DNA of 64,000 nucleotides from the NCBI RefSeq assembly GCF_032444005.1, contig NC_091285.1, positions 240,932,001 through 240,996,000 of the forward strand, in the 5' to 3' direction. The notes below the pieces were generated by a model. The model was not told the DNA's origin. It worked only from the letters and a program-made list of their open reading frames with translations, and ran no database searches. Each line of letters starts with the position of its first letter. Within the stretch, counting starts at the first letter, position 1. Below are positions 1-11,439 of this stretch, in pieces. The translations under genes were made by a program, and so were the position numbers. This stretch comes from Ranitomeya imitator (Eukaryota).

Positions 1-3000
1 CCCCTTCCTTTGTTCGAGCCTGTAGGGTCGGACACGATGAGTCACTAAGCAGTGTATTCTGGATAACGCATCTGCATTCCCGTGCGCTGCGCCTGCCCTG
101 TGCTCAACGGAAAAGTTAAAAGGTTGTAATGCCAAGAACCAGCGTGTCACCCTCGCATTGCCCTCTTTTGCGCGGGACATCCATGTTAGGGGTGAATGGT
201 CCGTTACTAGCCTAAATTGGCGACCTAGTAAATAATAGCGTAAGGTGAATAGGGCCCATTTCACAGCCAGGGCTTCGCGCTCAACCACGCTATAATTCTT
301 TTCTGCCCTGGTAAGCTTCCTACTCAGATAGCTTACTGGGTGTTCCTCGCCATTCACTTCCTGTGACAACACTGCACCGAGGCCGACACCAGAGGCGTCC
401 GTTTGGACAATAAACTCCCGTTTAAAGTCAGGGGCAACCAACACTGGTTGGTCACAGAGGACCGTTTTCAAATACTGAAAGGCCTTCTCTGCTTCTGCGT
501 TCCACTTTATTGTGATAGATTTTGAGCCCTTGGTAAGCTCTGTGAGAGGGGCCGCGATGGTGGCAAAATTTTTAATGAAGCGCCTATAATAGCCAACGAT
601 CCCTAAAAAGGCTCCGACCTGTTTTTTGTTGACCGGTCGTGGCCAATTCTGAATAGCGTCCACTTTATTGGTCTGTGGCTTTACGACTCCTCGCCCTATG
701 CTATATCCCAGATAGCGAGCCTCTTCCAATCCCAAGGTACTCTTAGGATTGGCAGTTAGCCCAGCAGTTTTTATCGAGTCTAAGACGGCTTGTACTTTTG
801 ACAAATGTGTGTCCCAGTCATCACTAAAGACAATGATATCGTCCAAGTATGCGGACGCATACCGGACGTGGGGTTTAAGGACAATATCTATTAGACGTTG
901 GAAGGTGGCTGCAGCACCATGCAACCCAAATGGCATATCACGGTACTGGAACAGTCCCTGGGGCGTTACAAAGGCCGTTTTCTCTTTGGCTGAATCCGTG
1001 AGGGGAATCTGCCAATAACCTTTTGTTAAGTCGATAGTAGATATGTACCTGGCCGAACCCAGTCTCTCTATAAGTTCATCAACTCTCGGCATCGGGTAGG
1101 CATCGAATTTCGATACCTCATTTAATTTCCGAAAATCATTACAAAACCTAATAGTCCCATCGGGTTTGGGCACTAGCACGATTGGGCTAGCCCAATCACT
1201 CCGGGACTCTTCAATGACTCCAAGTTCTAACATTTTCTCGACTTCCTGGGCAATGGCTTGTCTCCGAGCCTCCGGAATTCGATATGGTTTTAGTCGTACA
1301 CGGACCTGTGGATCAGTAACAATGTCGTGTTTAATTAAGTGAGTACGACCAGGAAGCTCTGAAAAAACCTCTGCGTTTTTCTGTATAAATTCCTTAGTCT
1401 CTCGTTTCTGACTTTCGGATAGTGTCTCTGCAATACCCACCTCTGGCAATGCTACCTGGGGGTCATTTACCACAGATGGGGGTGCCCTACGAGGTCCATC
1501 ATTAAGGGTGGCTTTTGTCATTAGACTCTCCCTATCCCGCCAGGCCTTAAGCAAGTTTATGTGGTAGATTTGTTCGGTTTTCCTCTTGTCTGGTTGATAT
1601 ATCTTATAATTCACTTCACCTATTCTCTCCAACACCTCGTATGGGCCCTGCCACTTCGCAAGAAATATATTTTCTACAGTGGGTACTAATACTAACACCC
1701 TGTCTCCGGGTTGAAAGACTCGTGTTTTAGCCGCTCGGTTATATACCGTGCTTTGGGCCTGTTGCGCACGTTCTAAACATTCTTTAACTATTGGCATGAC
1801 CGCCTCAATTCTATCTTGCATAAGCATTACGTGTTCAATTACACTGCGATAAGGAGTCACCTCTTGTTCCCAAGTCTCTTTAGCAATATCTAACAGGCCT
1901 CTAGGACATCGCCCGTAAACTAACTCAAAAGGCGAAAAGCCTGTGGAGGATTGGGGTACTTCCCGTATAGCGAACAGGAGATATGGTAGGAGAGCATCCC
2001 AATCCCTCCCGTCCTTATCTACCACCCTTTTCAACATTCCCTTCAGGGTTTTATTAAATCGCTCCACCAACCCGTCAGTCTGAGAGTGATATACTGAAGT
2101 ACGCAAGTGGGAGATTTTTAGTAGCTTACACAAGTCCTTAAGTATTCGAGACATAAAGGGGGTTCCCTGATCTGTTAGTATTTCTTTCGGAATGCCGGTG
2201 CGAGAAAACATATTAACAAGCTCCTTTGAAATTGCTTTCGCATTGGCATTCCGCAGAGGCACTGCTTCAGGGTAACGAGTGGCATAATCTAGTACTACCA
2301 AAATGTACTGATGTCCCCTGGCAGATTTAACTAATGGACCCACTATATCCATTGCTATCCTCTCGAAGGGCACCTCTATTATTGGTAAGGGCAAAAGGGG
2401 GCTTCTAAAATGTGACATAGGTGTGGTCAATTGACACGTAGGACAGGACTGACAATACCGGGTCACGTCCCCCCCTAGACCCGGCCAAAAGAAATGCTGC
2501 AGAATACGGTGTTTTGTTTTTTCTCCGGCCAGGTGTCCCCCCAAGGGATGTTTATGTGCCAGTTCCAATACTACCTGGCGAAAGGACTTGGGCACCACTA
2601 GTTGCTCTACCGCTACCCCCCGCACTTTGTCTATATGATACAGCATACCCTGTTGCACAGCTAGGTGTGGGAACTCATTTTGAGCCCCTGGGTACAATGG
2701 TCTTCCCTCAGAGACCTTTACATTTTCCCATGCCCTTGCCAGAGTAGGGTCCTGGTGTTGAGCGGTCCCGAACTTACCACGGGCCACCTCAAGACCTGGC
2801 ATTTCTATAGCCTCCTCTAGTTCACTTGCGTCGCCTGCATATACAGCCAGAGGTGAGTCTACAGATTCTGGAGTTACCTCTGAGATGGACTCCCCCCCCT
2901 CTTGCTGCAATAGCTCAGGGGTTAGCCCCACGGCACCCTCCTCAACTAGAGTGCTCATGCCATTTTTAAGGTTCCACAAGTCCCAAAATAAGGGAAAGTC

Positions 3001-4278
3001 TCTCCCCAATATTACATCATGTCCCATAGACTTTAGGACTGCCGCTTGATGTCTTTTGGTTCCTACTGGTGTGGCAAGGGTGACCCAGGCAGTGGGGTAG
3101 TTTTTTATATCGCCATGGATGCAACTAATGCCCAGGGTTGAGTTCGTTAGGGCTCTAGGGTCCACCAAACTGGCATGTACCAGAGTTACTTGACTGCCGG
3201 AATCCAAGACGGCATTCACACTATGGCCGTCGACCTCAAGGCAACACACGTGTCGTTCATTTCCTGTGAGGACCTCTGCAACACAGACTGACTGTACATA
3301 TAACGAAAGGCGTCTCATAGCGTTACAGTCCATTGGCTCTGTAGTCATTGGGCAGTTAGCTGCTACATGGCCAAGCCCGCGACATCGCCAACATTGTATA
3401 GGTCCTTGCTTCCTCGCCGGAGACGCCTGATAGGGTCTGCTGAATTGCTGTGAGACTGTACCGCCTCCATAGTTCTTTGTGGGTCTGCTACCCTTTATTG
3501 CAACGTTCTCTTCTTTTGAAGATGAAGTAGGTCTCGCAGTATTTTCTGGCGATTTCTTGGGAGCCCAGCGAGGTGATAACGTCCCTTGGAGTAGGCTTTC
3601 GGAAGCATTGTAGCGTTCGACCATATTCACCAACTGGTCGGCTGTATATGGGTCACCTTGTCCAACCCACCTCTGTAACTTAGGGGGCAAGGACCGCAGG
3701 TACTTGTCTAGAACAACACGTTCCACCATCTCTGCAGATGTCAAAATCTCTGGTTGCAGCCATTTTTTTACTAGATGGATAAGATCATGCATTTGTGAGC
3801 GGGCTGGCTGATCTTCCACAAAAGTCCATAAATGTACCCTCTGTGCTCGTACATATGTGTTTACTCCCAGCCTTGCCAGGATTTCACTTTTTAATTTGGT
3901 ATAGTCCATAGCATCCACTCCACTTAAATCGTAATAGGCCTTTTGTGGATCTCCACTCAGAAATGGCGCAACCACTTCAGCCCACGTGTCCACCGGTAAA
4001 TGCTCACGTTCTGCAATACGTTCAAATACGGTGAGATACGCTTCTACATCATTGTCAGCAGTCATTTTAAGCAGGGTTTTTTGTACGGCTTTCCGTGCAC
4101 CAGCAACACTTTGTGCATGATCCCTCTCATCTCGGGGCTGCCGAATCAAAGCCTGCTTTATTGCATTCAACTGCTCTTGCTGAATCTGGTTTTGCTGGTC
4201 CAGGGCTTGCTGGAAGTAAGTATTGGTCTGCTGTTGTTGCACATTTGCCTGCAATAACTGTTTCACTAGTTCCTCCAT
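1..4278 (-). CDS. Gag(SCAN-like)-PR-IN-RT-RH polyprotein, at least 1426 aa, no stop reached inside the window
   Basis: ATG at 4278 (MEELVKQLLQ). Motifs: MVERVVLDKYLRSLP (SCAN/capsid-like), CWRCRGLGHVAANC (~3390-3350), LDSG (~3210), FFWPGLGGDVTRYCQSCPTC (~2500-2440), TDQG and GLVERFN (IN core), YLDD (~840), TDASGVGLGAVLSQ (RH). The frame at the ATG equals the frame at position 1. The ORF track lists no minus-strand ORF here, which is consistent with one uninterrupted frame lacking a stop in the window. Confidence 0.85.
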   Translation of the reverse strand, partial: MEELVKQLLQANVQQQQTNTYFQQALDQQNQIQQEQLNAIKQALIRQPRDERDHAQSVAGARKAVQKTLLKMTADNDVEAYLTVFERIAEREHLPVDTWAEVVAPFLSGDPQKAYYDLSGVDAMDYTKLKSEILARLGVNTYVRAQRVHLWTFVEDQPARSQMHDLIHLVKKWLQPEILTSAEMVERVVLDKYLRSLPPKLQRWVGQGDPYTADQLVNMVERYNASESLLQGTLSPRWAPKKSPENTARPTSSSKEENVAIKGSRPTKNYGGGTVSQQFSRPYQASPARKQGPIQCWRCRGLGHVAANCPMTTEPMDCNAMRRLSLYVQSVCVAEVLTGNERHVCCLEVDGHSVNAVLDSGSQVTLVHASLVDPRALTNSTLGISCIHGDIKNYPTAWVTLATPVGTKRHQAAVLKSMGHDVILGRDFPLFWDLWNLKNGMSTLVEEGAVGLTPELLQQEGGESISEVTPESVDSPLAVYAGDASELEEAIEMPGLEVARGKFGTAQHQDPTLARAWENVKVSEGRPLYPGAQNEFPHLAVQQGMLYHIDKVRGVAVEQLVVPKSFRQVVLELAHKHPLGGHLAGEKTKHRILQHFFWPGLGGDVTRYCQSCPTCQLTTPMSHFRSPLLPLPIIEVPFERIAMDIVGPLVKSARGHQYILVVLDYATRYPEAVPLRNANAKAISKELVNMFSRTGIPKEILTDQGTPFMSRILKDLCKLLKISHLRTSVYHSQTDGLVERFNKTLKGMLKRVVDKDGRDWDALLPYLLFAIREVPQSSTGFSPFELVYGRCPRGLLDIAKETWEQEVTPYRSVIEHVMLMQDRIEAVMPIVKECLERAQQAQSTVYNRAAKTRVFQPGDRVLVLVPTVENIFLAKWQGPYEVLERIGEVNYKIYQPDKRKTEQIYHINLLKAWRDRESLMTKATLNDGPRRAPPSVVNDPQVALPEVGIAETLSESQKRETKEFIQKNAEVFSELPGRTHLIKHDIVTDPQVRVRLKPYRIPEARRQAIAQEVEKMLELGVIEESRSDWASPIVLVPKPDGTIRFCNDFRKLNEVSKFDAYPMPRVDELIERLGSARYISTIDLTKGYWQIPLTDSAKEKTAFVTPQGLFQYRDMPFGLHGAAATFQRLIDIVLKPHVRYASAYLDDIIVFSDDWDTHLSKVQAVLDSIKTAGLTANPKSTLGLEEARYLGYSIGRGVVKPQTNKVDAIQNWPRPVNKKQVGAFLGIVGYYRRFIKNFATIAAPLTELTKGSKSITIKWNAEAEKAFQYLKTVLCDQPVLVAPDFKREFIVQTDASGVGLGAVLSQEVNGEEHPVSYLSRKLTRAEKNYSVVEREALAVKWALFTLRYYLLGRQFRLVTDHSPLTWMSRAKEGNARVTRWFLALQPFNFSVEHRAGAAHGNADALSRIHCLVTHRVRPYRLEQRKG

Positions 4279-4370
4279 ATTACTGGACTCTTGGCTCTTC
4301 AAAAGCACATGAGCTTTCAGCCAGGACATACACAGAGCACTTTATCTGCAGTCACAGTCCAACAGCCACT

Positions 4371-4391
4371 ATGCCCGCATTCTCAAAACCA
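4371..4391 (-). other. Primer-binding site, tRNA-Ala-like
   Basis: Minus strand TGGTTTTGAGAATGCGGGCAT closely resembles the complement of a vertebrate tRNA-Ala 3' end (ATGCCCGCATTCTCCACCA). It sits 2 nt after a CA end. Confidence 0.65.
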
Positions 4392-4393
4392 TT

Positions 4394-4890
4394 TGTGGGA
4401 ATATAGCTCATCAGGGATCTCTGCTTTGGCCCAAGCAGGTGGCTATGGAGTCACAACGAACAATAGCAGGCTAGCGAGTTCCACACAGGTATGTGTCAGG
4501 TGTATTTATTGTACACATTTGCCGTACAATGTTACACGTGCCAAACATGAAATAAAATGTCTAAGGCCGTCTGGCCACTAACTAACAACAAGATACTAAC
4601 TACAAAATAAACCTATACAACAAGAAAGAAGTTTGTGCAACCTTACTGTGTCAGCTCCCAGACCAGCAGATGAGAGACTGAGATCCCAGCAGTTCCTTAT
4701 CATATCAGCTGAAGCAAAAGCTGGATCGTATGTGGAAGGGAAGCACCAGAGCTTTCAGGCTGATCACTAAAGAAACCAGGACCGGATTACAGAGAAATAA
4801 ACAGCTTCACAATCAATACCGTGATACATATGAAATGAAACGGGGAGAAACATATCTGTTTTCTAGTACTTCTCCCCTTGGCACCTCACA
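4394..4890 (-). repeat. Putative 5' LTR of the Gmr1-like element (~500 bp)
   Basis: TG...CA segment directly upstream of the PBS. The outer edge is uncertain (4890 or 4893) because the partner LTR is outside the window. Confidence 0.55.
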
Positions 4891-5217
4891 ACATATACTG
4901 CTCAAAAAAATAAAGGGAACACTTAAACAACAGAATATAAATCCAAGTAAATCAAACTTCTGTGAAATCAAACTGTCCAATTAGGAAGCAACACTGTTTG
5001 ACAATCAATTTCACATGCTGTTGTGCAAATGGAATAGACAACAGATGGAAATTATTGGCAATTATCAAGACACACTCAAAAAAGGAGTGGTTCTGCAGGT
5101 GTGGACCACAGATAACATCCCAGTAACAATGCTTTCTGGCTGATGTTTTGGTCATTTTTGAATGTTGGTTGTGCTTTCACACTCATGGTAGCATGAGATG
5201 GACTCTACAACCCACAC

Positions 5218-6740
5218 GTGGCTCAGGTAGTGCAGCTCATCCAGGATGGCACATCAATGCGAGCTGTGGCAAGAAGGTTTGCTGTGTCTGTCAGCGTAGT
5301 GTCCAGAGGTTGGAGGCGCTACCAGGAGACAGGCCAGTACACCAGGAGACATGGAGGGGGCCGTAGGAGGGCAACAATCCAGCAGCAGGACCGCTACCTC
5401 GGCCTTTGTTCAAAGAGGAACAGGAGGAGCACTGCCAGAGCCCTGCAAAATGACCTCCAGCAGGCCACAAATGTGCATGTGTTGGCATAAACAGAAACCG
5501 AATCCATGAGGATGGTCTGAGTGCCCGACGTGCAAAGATAGGGGTTGCGCTCACAGCCCAACACCGTGCAGGGCGCTTGACATTTGCCACAGAACACCAG
5601 GATTTGCAAATTTGCCACTGGCACCCTGTGCTCTTCACTGATAAAAGCAGGTTCACACTGAGCACATACAAAAAGAACCAGGCACTCGACTTATGTGTTA
5701 ACAACTCCGCATTTTTATTGCAGTACAAAAACGTTTCGGTCTGAGAGACCTTCCTCAGTCACGTACTTAAAGTTAGAGGCAGGAATACTGCTCCTTGGTC
5801 ACAGTGTGTCATACAGCACCTGTTCTTAGGTGGCTTTTAGGTAAGTATAACCTTCCAGACTGATGGTAAGGAATGGAAGATCATAAATTGCTTAGCTTGC
5901 TGTGGGTCCTATTAATGACGCAGAATCCACCGCTTGTCGGTCAAGTGAGAAGTATGTGACATACTTACCTAAAAGCCACCTAAGAACATGTGCTGTATGA
6001 CACACTGTGACCAAGGAGCAGTAGTCCCACCTCTAACTTTAAGTACGTAGCTGAGGAAGGTCTCTGACAGAAGCGTTTTTGTACTACAATAAAAATGCGG
6101 AGTTGTTCACACTTAAGTTGAGTGCCAGGTTATTTTTGCATTACACATGGTGTGGGAACCTACCTGTGCACTCTTAAAGTAGTGCTCACATCTATTTCTT
6201 CCACACTGAGCACATGTGACAGACAGACAAACGTGACAGAGTCTGGTGAAACCGTGGAGAGCAATCTGCTGCCTGCAACATCCTTCAGCATGACTGGTTT
6301 GGCAGTGGGTCAGTAATGGTGTGGGGTGGCATTTTTTTGGAGAGCTGCACAGCCCTCCATGTGCTCGCCAGAGGTAGCATAACTGCCATTAGGTACCGAG
6401 ATGAGATCCTGAGATCCCTTGTGAGACCATATGCAGGTGCAGTAGTCCCTGGGTTCCTTCTGATGCATGACAATGCTAGGCCTCATGTGGCTGAAGTGTG
6501 TCAGCAGTTCCTGCATGATGATGGCATTGATGCTAAGGTCTCACCTGCCGTGAATCCAATTGAGCACATCTGAGACATCATGTCTCGCTCCATCCACCAA
6601 CGCCATATTGCACCATAGACTGTTCAGGAGTTGACTGATGCTTTATTCCAGTTCTGAGAGGAGATCCCTAAGGATAACATCCACTGCCTCATTAGGAGCA
6701 TGCCCAGGCATTTTACAGAGATCATACAGCACGTGGAGGC
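5218..6740 (+). pseudogene. Tc1 transposase pseudogene (element A), split by the 5668-6201 insert and frameshifts
   Basis: ORF fragments 5218-5490 and 6316-6573 carry Tc1 HTH and DDE motifs. Confidence 0.85.
5668..6201. mobile_element. Penelope-like (PLE) inverted-repeat insertion with a 14-bp TSD
   Basis: CACACTGAGCACAT is duplicated at 5654-5667 and 6202-6215. Arms of ~180 bp (5668-5848 and ~5962-6138) are inverted. A hammerhead-like motif lies on the minus strand at 5730-5758. Confidence 0.6.
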
Positions 6741-6966
6741 CACACACACTACTGAGCATCATTTCCTTGTCTTGAGGCATTTCTACCAAAGTTGGCTAAG
6801 CCAGTAACTTCATTTTCCACTTTGATTTTGAGCATCATTCCAACTCCAAACCTTCTTGGGATATTAATTGTGATTTATGTTGATCATTTTTAGGTTTTAT
6901 TGTTTTCAACACATTCCACTATGTAATGAATAAAGATTTACAACTGGATTATTTCATTCAGTGATA

Positions 6967-8495
6967 CAGTTATATAAAAAGTTTGGGCACCCCTATTAAT
7001 CTTAAGCTTAATGTTTTATAAAAATTGTTTTTTTTGCAACAGCTATTTCAGTTTCATATATCTAATAACTGTTGGACACAGTAATGTTTCTAGCTTGAAA
7101 TGAGGTTAATTGTACTAACAGAAAATGTGCATTCTGCATTCAAACAAAATTTGACAAGTGCATAAGTATGGGCACCCCACCAGAAAAGTGACATTAATAT
7201 TTAGTAGATCCTCATTTTTCAAAAATAACAGCCTTTAGTCGCTTCCTGTAGCTTTTAATGAGTTCCTGGATCCTGGATGAAGGTATTTTTGACCATTCCT
7301 CTTTACAAAACAATTCCAGTTCAGTTAAGTTTGATGGTTGCCGAGCATGGACAGCCCTCTTCAAATGATCCCACAGATGTTCAATGATATTCAGGTCTGG
7401 GGACTGGGATGGCCATTTCAGAACAGTGTAATTGTTCCTCTGCATGAATGCCTGAGTAGATTTGGAGCGGTGTTTTGGATCATTGTCTTGCTGAAAGATC
7501 CATCCCCTGCGTAACTTCAACTGATTCACTGATTCATGAACATTATTGTCAAGAATCTGCTGATACTGAGAGGAATCCATGCGTCCCTCAACTTTAACAA
7601 GATTCCAATTGCCGGCATTGGCCACACAGCCCCAAAGCATGATGGAACCTCCACCAAATTTTACTATGGGCAGCAAGTGTTTTTCTTGGAGTGCTGTGTT
7701 TCAGCCGACTCTGTTTGTGGCGTGCTTGCAGAAACGGCTTCTTTCGCATCACTCTCCCATACAGCTTCTCCTTGTGCAAAGTGCGTTGTATAGTTGACCG
7801 ATGCACAGTGACACCATCTGCAGCAAGGTGATGCTGCAGCTCACTGCAGGTGGTCTGAGGATTGTTCATGACTGATCTCACCATTCTTCTTCGCTGCCTT
7901 TCTGATGTTTTTCTTGGCCTGCAACTTCTGGCCTTAACAAGAACTGTACCTGTGTTCTTCCATTTCCTTACTATGTTCCTCACAGTGGAAATTGACAGGT
8001 TAAATCTCTGAGACAGCTTTTTGTATCCTTCCCCTGAACAACTATGTTGAATAATCTTTGTTTTCAGATCATTAGACAGTTGTTTTGAGGAGCCCATGAT
8101 GCCACTCTTCAGAGGACATTCAAACAGGAGAACAACTTGCAAGTGGCCATTTTAAGTAGCTTTTCTCATGATTGCATACACCTGGCTATGAAGTTCAAAG
8201 CTCAATGAGGTTAGAAAATAAAAAAAAGTGCTTTAGTAAGTCAGTAAAAAGTAGGTAGGAGTATTTAAAACAAGAAAATGATAAGGGTGCCCATACTTAT
8301 GCACCTGTCAAATTTTGTTTGAATGCAGATTGCACATTTTCTGTTAGTACAATAAACCTCATTTCAAAGCAGAAACATTACTGTGTCCAACAGTTATTAG
8401 ATATATGAAACTGAAATAGCTGTTGCAAAAAAACAATTTTTATAAAACATTAAGCTTAAGATTAATAGGGGTGCCCAAACTTTTTCATATAACTG
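6967..8495 (-). mobile_element. Tc1 element B (long-TIR, IR/DR type) nested in Tc1 A
   Basis: TA|CAGTTATAT...ATATAACTG|TA ends with ~210-bp inverted repeats. The flanks rejoin into continuous Tc1 A sequence (CAGTGA-TA-TCTAGG). Confidence 0.93.
7212..8100 (-). pseudogene. Tc1 transposase pseudogene (element B), frameshifted or internally deleted
   Basis: ORF 7594-8142 gives MGSSKQLSNDLKTKII (HTH). ORF 7212-7676 gives [22 protein letters not shown] and WPSQSPDLNIIEHLW. Confidence 0.9.
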
Positions 8496-8690
8496 TATCT
8501 AGGATGTGGGATTTTAGTGTTCACTTTATTTTTTTGAGCAGTGTGTATATATTAGGGTGACTGTCAAAAGTTTTTGTGCAACTATTTAGGTCTCACCCAT
8601 GGGAATAATTACCTTTGGTGGGATTTTAACATACACTAAATTTTGTAACATTGTAACACTGTTTACTGGTTTCTCAATCATCACAAAGCT

Positions 8691-10250
8691 AATAATAATA
8701 ATAATAATAATAATCTTTATTGATATAGCACCAACATATTCCGCGGTGCTTTACAGTTTAATAGTTTCAAACACAACAGTCATAAGTAATAACATTACCA
8801 ATACAATAATTAAAGCAAAATAAGATGACCCTGCTCTTGAGAGCTTACAATCTACAATGAGGTGGGGGAGATACAAAGTACAGGTGTGTATTTACAATTA
8901 TGTATTTAGCAATGATGGTTCAGCCATCTTCAGGGGGTGGGGGATAGATGGAAATAGTGAATGGGCAACACAAACATAAAATGACTTTGATTAGTGAATG
9001 TGATAAGCCGATCTGAACAAATGTGTTTTGAGGGAGCGCCTAAAACTATGCAAATTGTGGATGGTCCTAATATCTTGGGGTAGAGCATTGGGACAGCACG
9101 GGAGAAGTCTTGGAGTCGGCAGTGGGAGGTACGGATTAATGCAGAGGTTAGTCGAAAGTCGTTTGCAGAGTGCAGTGGTCTGTTAGACCGATAGACCAAA
9201 ATGAGGGAGGAGATGTAAGGGGGTGCCGCAATGTGGAGAACTTTGTGGGTGAGAACAAGTACTTTAAATTGGATTCTATAATGAATGGGCAGCCAGTATA
9301 ATGAAGGGCGATGACCGGATATGTCTGAATACGGATTAGCTAGATGGACAACCCTGGCTGCTGCATTTAGGTTAGACTGGAGAGGGGAAAGTCGAGTAAG
9401 GGGGAGGCCAATTAATAGAGCATTGCAAAAGTCCAGGTGGGAGTGGATCAAGGTGACAGTGAGGGTTTTTGTTGCTTCCATGGTGAGAAAAGGGCGGATG
9501 TTCTTTAGGTCTAAGCGGCAAGAGCGGGCAAGAAATTGCATATGGGATGTGACGGAGAGATCGGAGTCAAACATAACACCCAGACAGGGTACCTGCTGCC
9601 GGGTCTTATTATGGTGCCACCCACGGAGAGGAGGTTAGTAGATGACGGGAGCAGAAGGAGTTCAGTTTTGGAGAGACTGAGTTTCAGATAGAGAGCGGAC
9701 ATGATGTTGGAGACTGCAGACAGACAGTCACTCGCGTTCTGTAGTACAGAGTGGGTAAGGTCAGGGGATGATATGTATAGTTGTGTGTCATCAGCATAAA
9801 GATGGTACTGAAAGCCAAATCTGCTGATGGTCTGTCTAATTGGGCCTGTGTAGAGGGAGAAGAGAAGGGGGCCAGGACTGAGCCCTGAGGTACCCCAACA
9901 GTGAGAGGAAGAGGAGATGAAGTGGAGCCAGTGAACAGAACACTGAAGTAGCAGTCAGAAAGATAGGATGAAAGAGCAGTGTCCTTAATGCCTAGTGACT
10001 GGAGCCTAGAGGGTGGTCAACAGTGTTGAAAGCTGCAGAAAGATTGAGAAGAATGAGCAGAGAGTGGTCACCACTACATTTTGCTGTCAGAAGGTCGTTG
10101 GTCACTTTGATGAGTGCAGTTTCTGTCGAATGTAGGTGGCGGAAACCGGACTTTGAAGGGTCTAGCAAGGAATGAGTGGAGAGGTAACGGGTAAGGTGGG
10201 AGTAGATCAGGTGCTCCAAGAGTTTAGAGATGAAGAGGAGATTGGAGACT
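8691..10250 (-). mobile_element. 5'-truncated L2-clade LINE with an (ATT)n tail
   Basis: RT fragments [38 protein letters not shown] and HSHLDFCNALLIGLP. The 3' end CTGTAAAGCACCGCGG..AATAAAGATT is followed by (ATT)n at 8691-8713. Confidence 0.88.
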
Positions 10251-11439
10251 GGACTTGTCTGTATTTGTTTGTGCAGGATGTGTAATAAATGTCTTGCAGC
10301 AATGTAAATGTAAAATTTTACAGTAGTTTCATGGTTTCACTTTTTTTTAAGAAAAAACATGCTTTATTTGGTTCTGCATAGTCATGGCAATGCTTCTCCA
10401 CACACTGGAGAATTAACAGTTTCTTGTCTTCTTGAGTGCTCAGTGACAAACTGAATATACTCGTGAATGTCATGGAGCGTTCTGCGACATTATGAATGAT
10501 TTTCAATCTGATGACTTTTGAGGATGCAGCAATGTAACTTGCATTACTGTGCCAGAGACAAGGAAATTGATGAAGAAAATGTTGGTTTATTTCCTGTGCA
10601 TTGAACAGTTTTTTTTGTTTTCGACTACATGTAGTGATAAAGCTTCGTGTGACACAAGGTCTTTGGCAAGTTGCACGCGATTTGAGCAGACATTTTGTCC
10701 TTCCTTCTGCAAAGACAGTACCATCTTAAACTTTTCTGTGGATGGAACCTCACTCTAAAAAGAGCCAAACACCCAATAATCTCACTGAAGTACCACAGAC
10801 TTGTCTGTTGAAAGTTTTTATTGCTGTCTCAACAACAGTAACATGCCTTCCTTTGTATGCTACGAGTTCTTGCATTAATGTTGTCCTTTTACGGCAATGT
10901 GGCTGGGATTTCACAGAGGTACCAAGCCTTCAAGTATAAGCAGATAATAAAAGTGCAAAATTTTGGTTTATTTCCAGTGCAGCAAACAGTTTTTTTTTTT
11001 TTTGGACTACATGAAGTGATGAAGGTATCATGATTAAAGGTGCGTAGCCACCTAAAATGCGTCGATGACGCAAATCATGTAACTTACAATGTTGATGCAG
11101 TTTTACTCTTCAACCAGCATACAGAGGTCAGAGAGATGTGAATGAGGCCAGACTGCATTATTTGATTATGCAATCTATTTGTATAGTTTTTACTCCTCTA
11201 TTTGGGAATGCTAACAAACTGTCTAGCATGGACATTGAATGTAATTACCATATCGGCAAACATCATTGTTCAGTGGCAATGCATTACTGTTTTGCAAAAG
11301 ATAGCAGAAAAAAAACTGTAGGAGATAATATTAGAGGTAGATATTCATCCTACAAGAAGAGTCAATACTTCAGACAACAGTTTATGATTCTGGTCCTACA
11401 CAATTTACGTCTGGCATAATTAAGCAGAATTGCTTTGCT

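Larger units (their letters stand above)
1..4890 (-). mobile_element. Gmr1-like Ty3/Gypsy LTR retrotransposon; 3' end runs off the window
   Basis: Manual minus-strand translation gives gag, CCHC knuckle, protease, integrase, RT and RNase H in that order. A PBS-like sequence and a putative 5' LTR lie upstream. Confidence 0.92.
4896..8543 (+). mobile_element. Decayed Tc1 element A, host of two nested insertions
   Basis: Left end TACTGCTCAAAAAAATAAAG and right end CTTTATTTTTTTGAGCAGTG are inverted repeats. Transposase remnants: [17 protein letters not shown] (HTH), MVWGGI, LMHDNARPHVA, NPIEHIWD-like. Confidence 0.9.
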
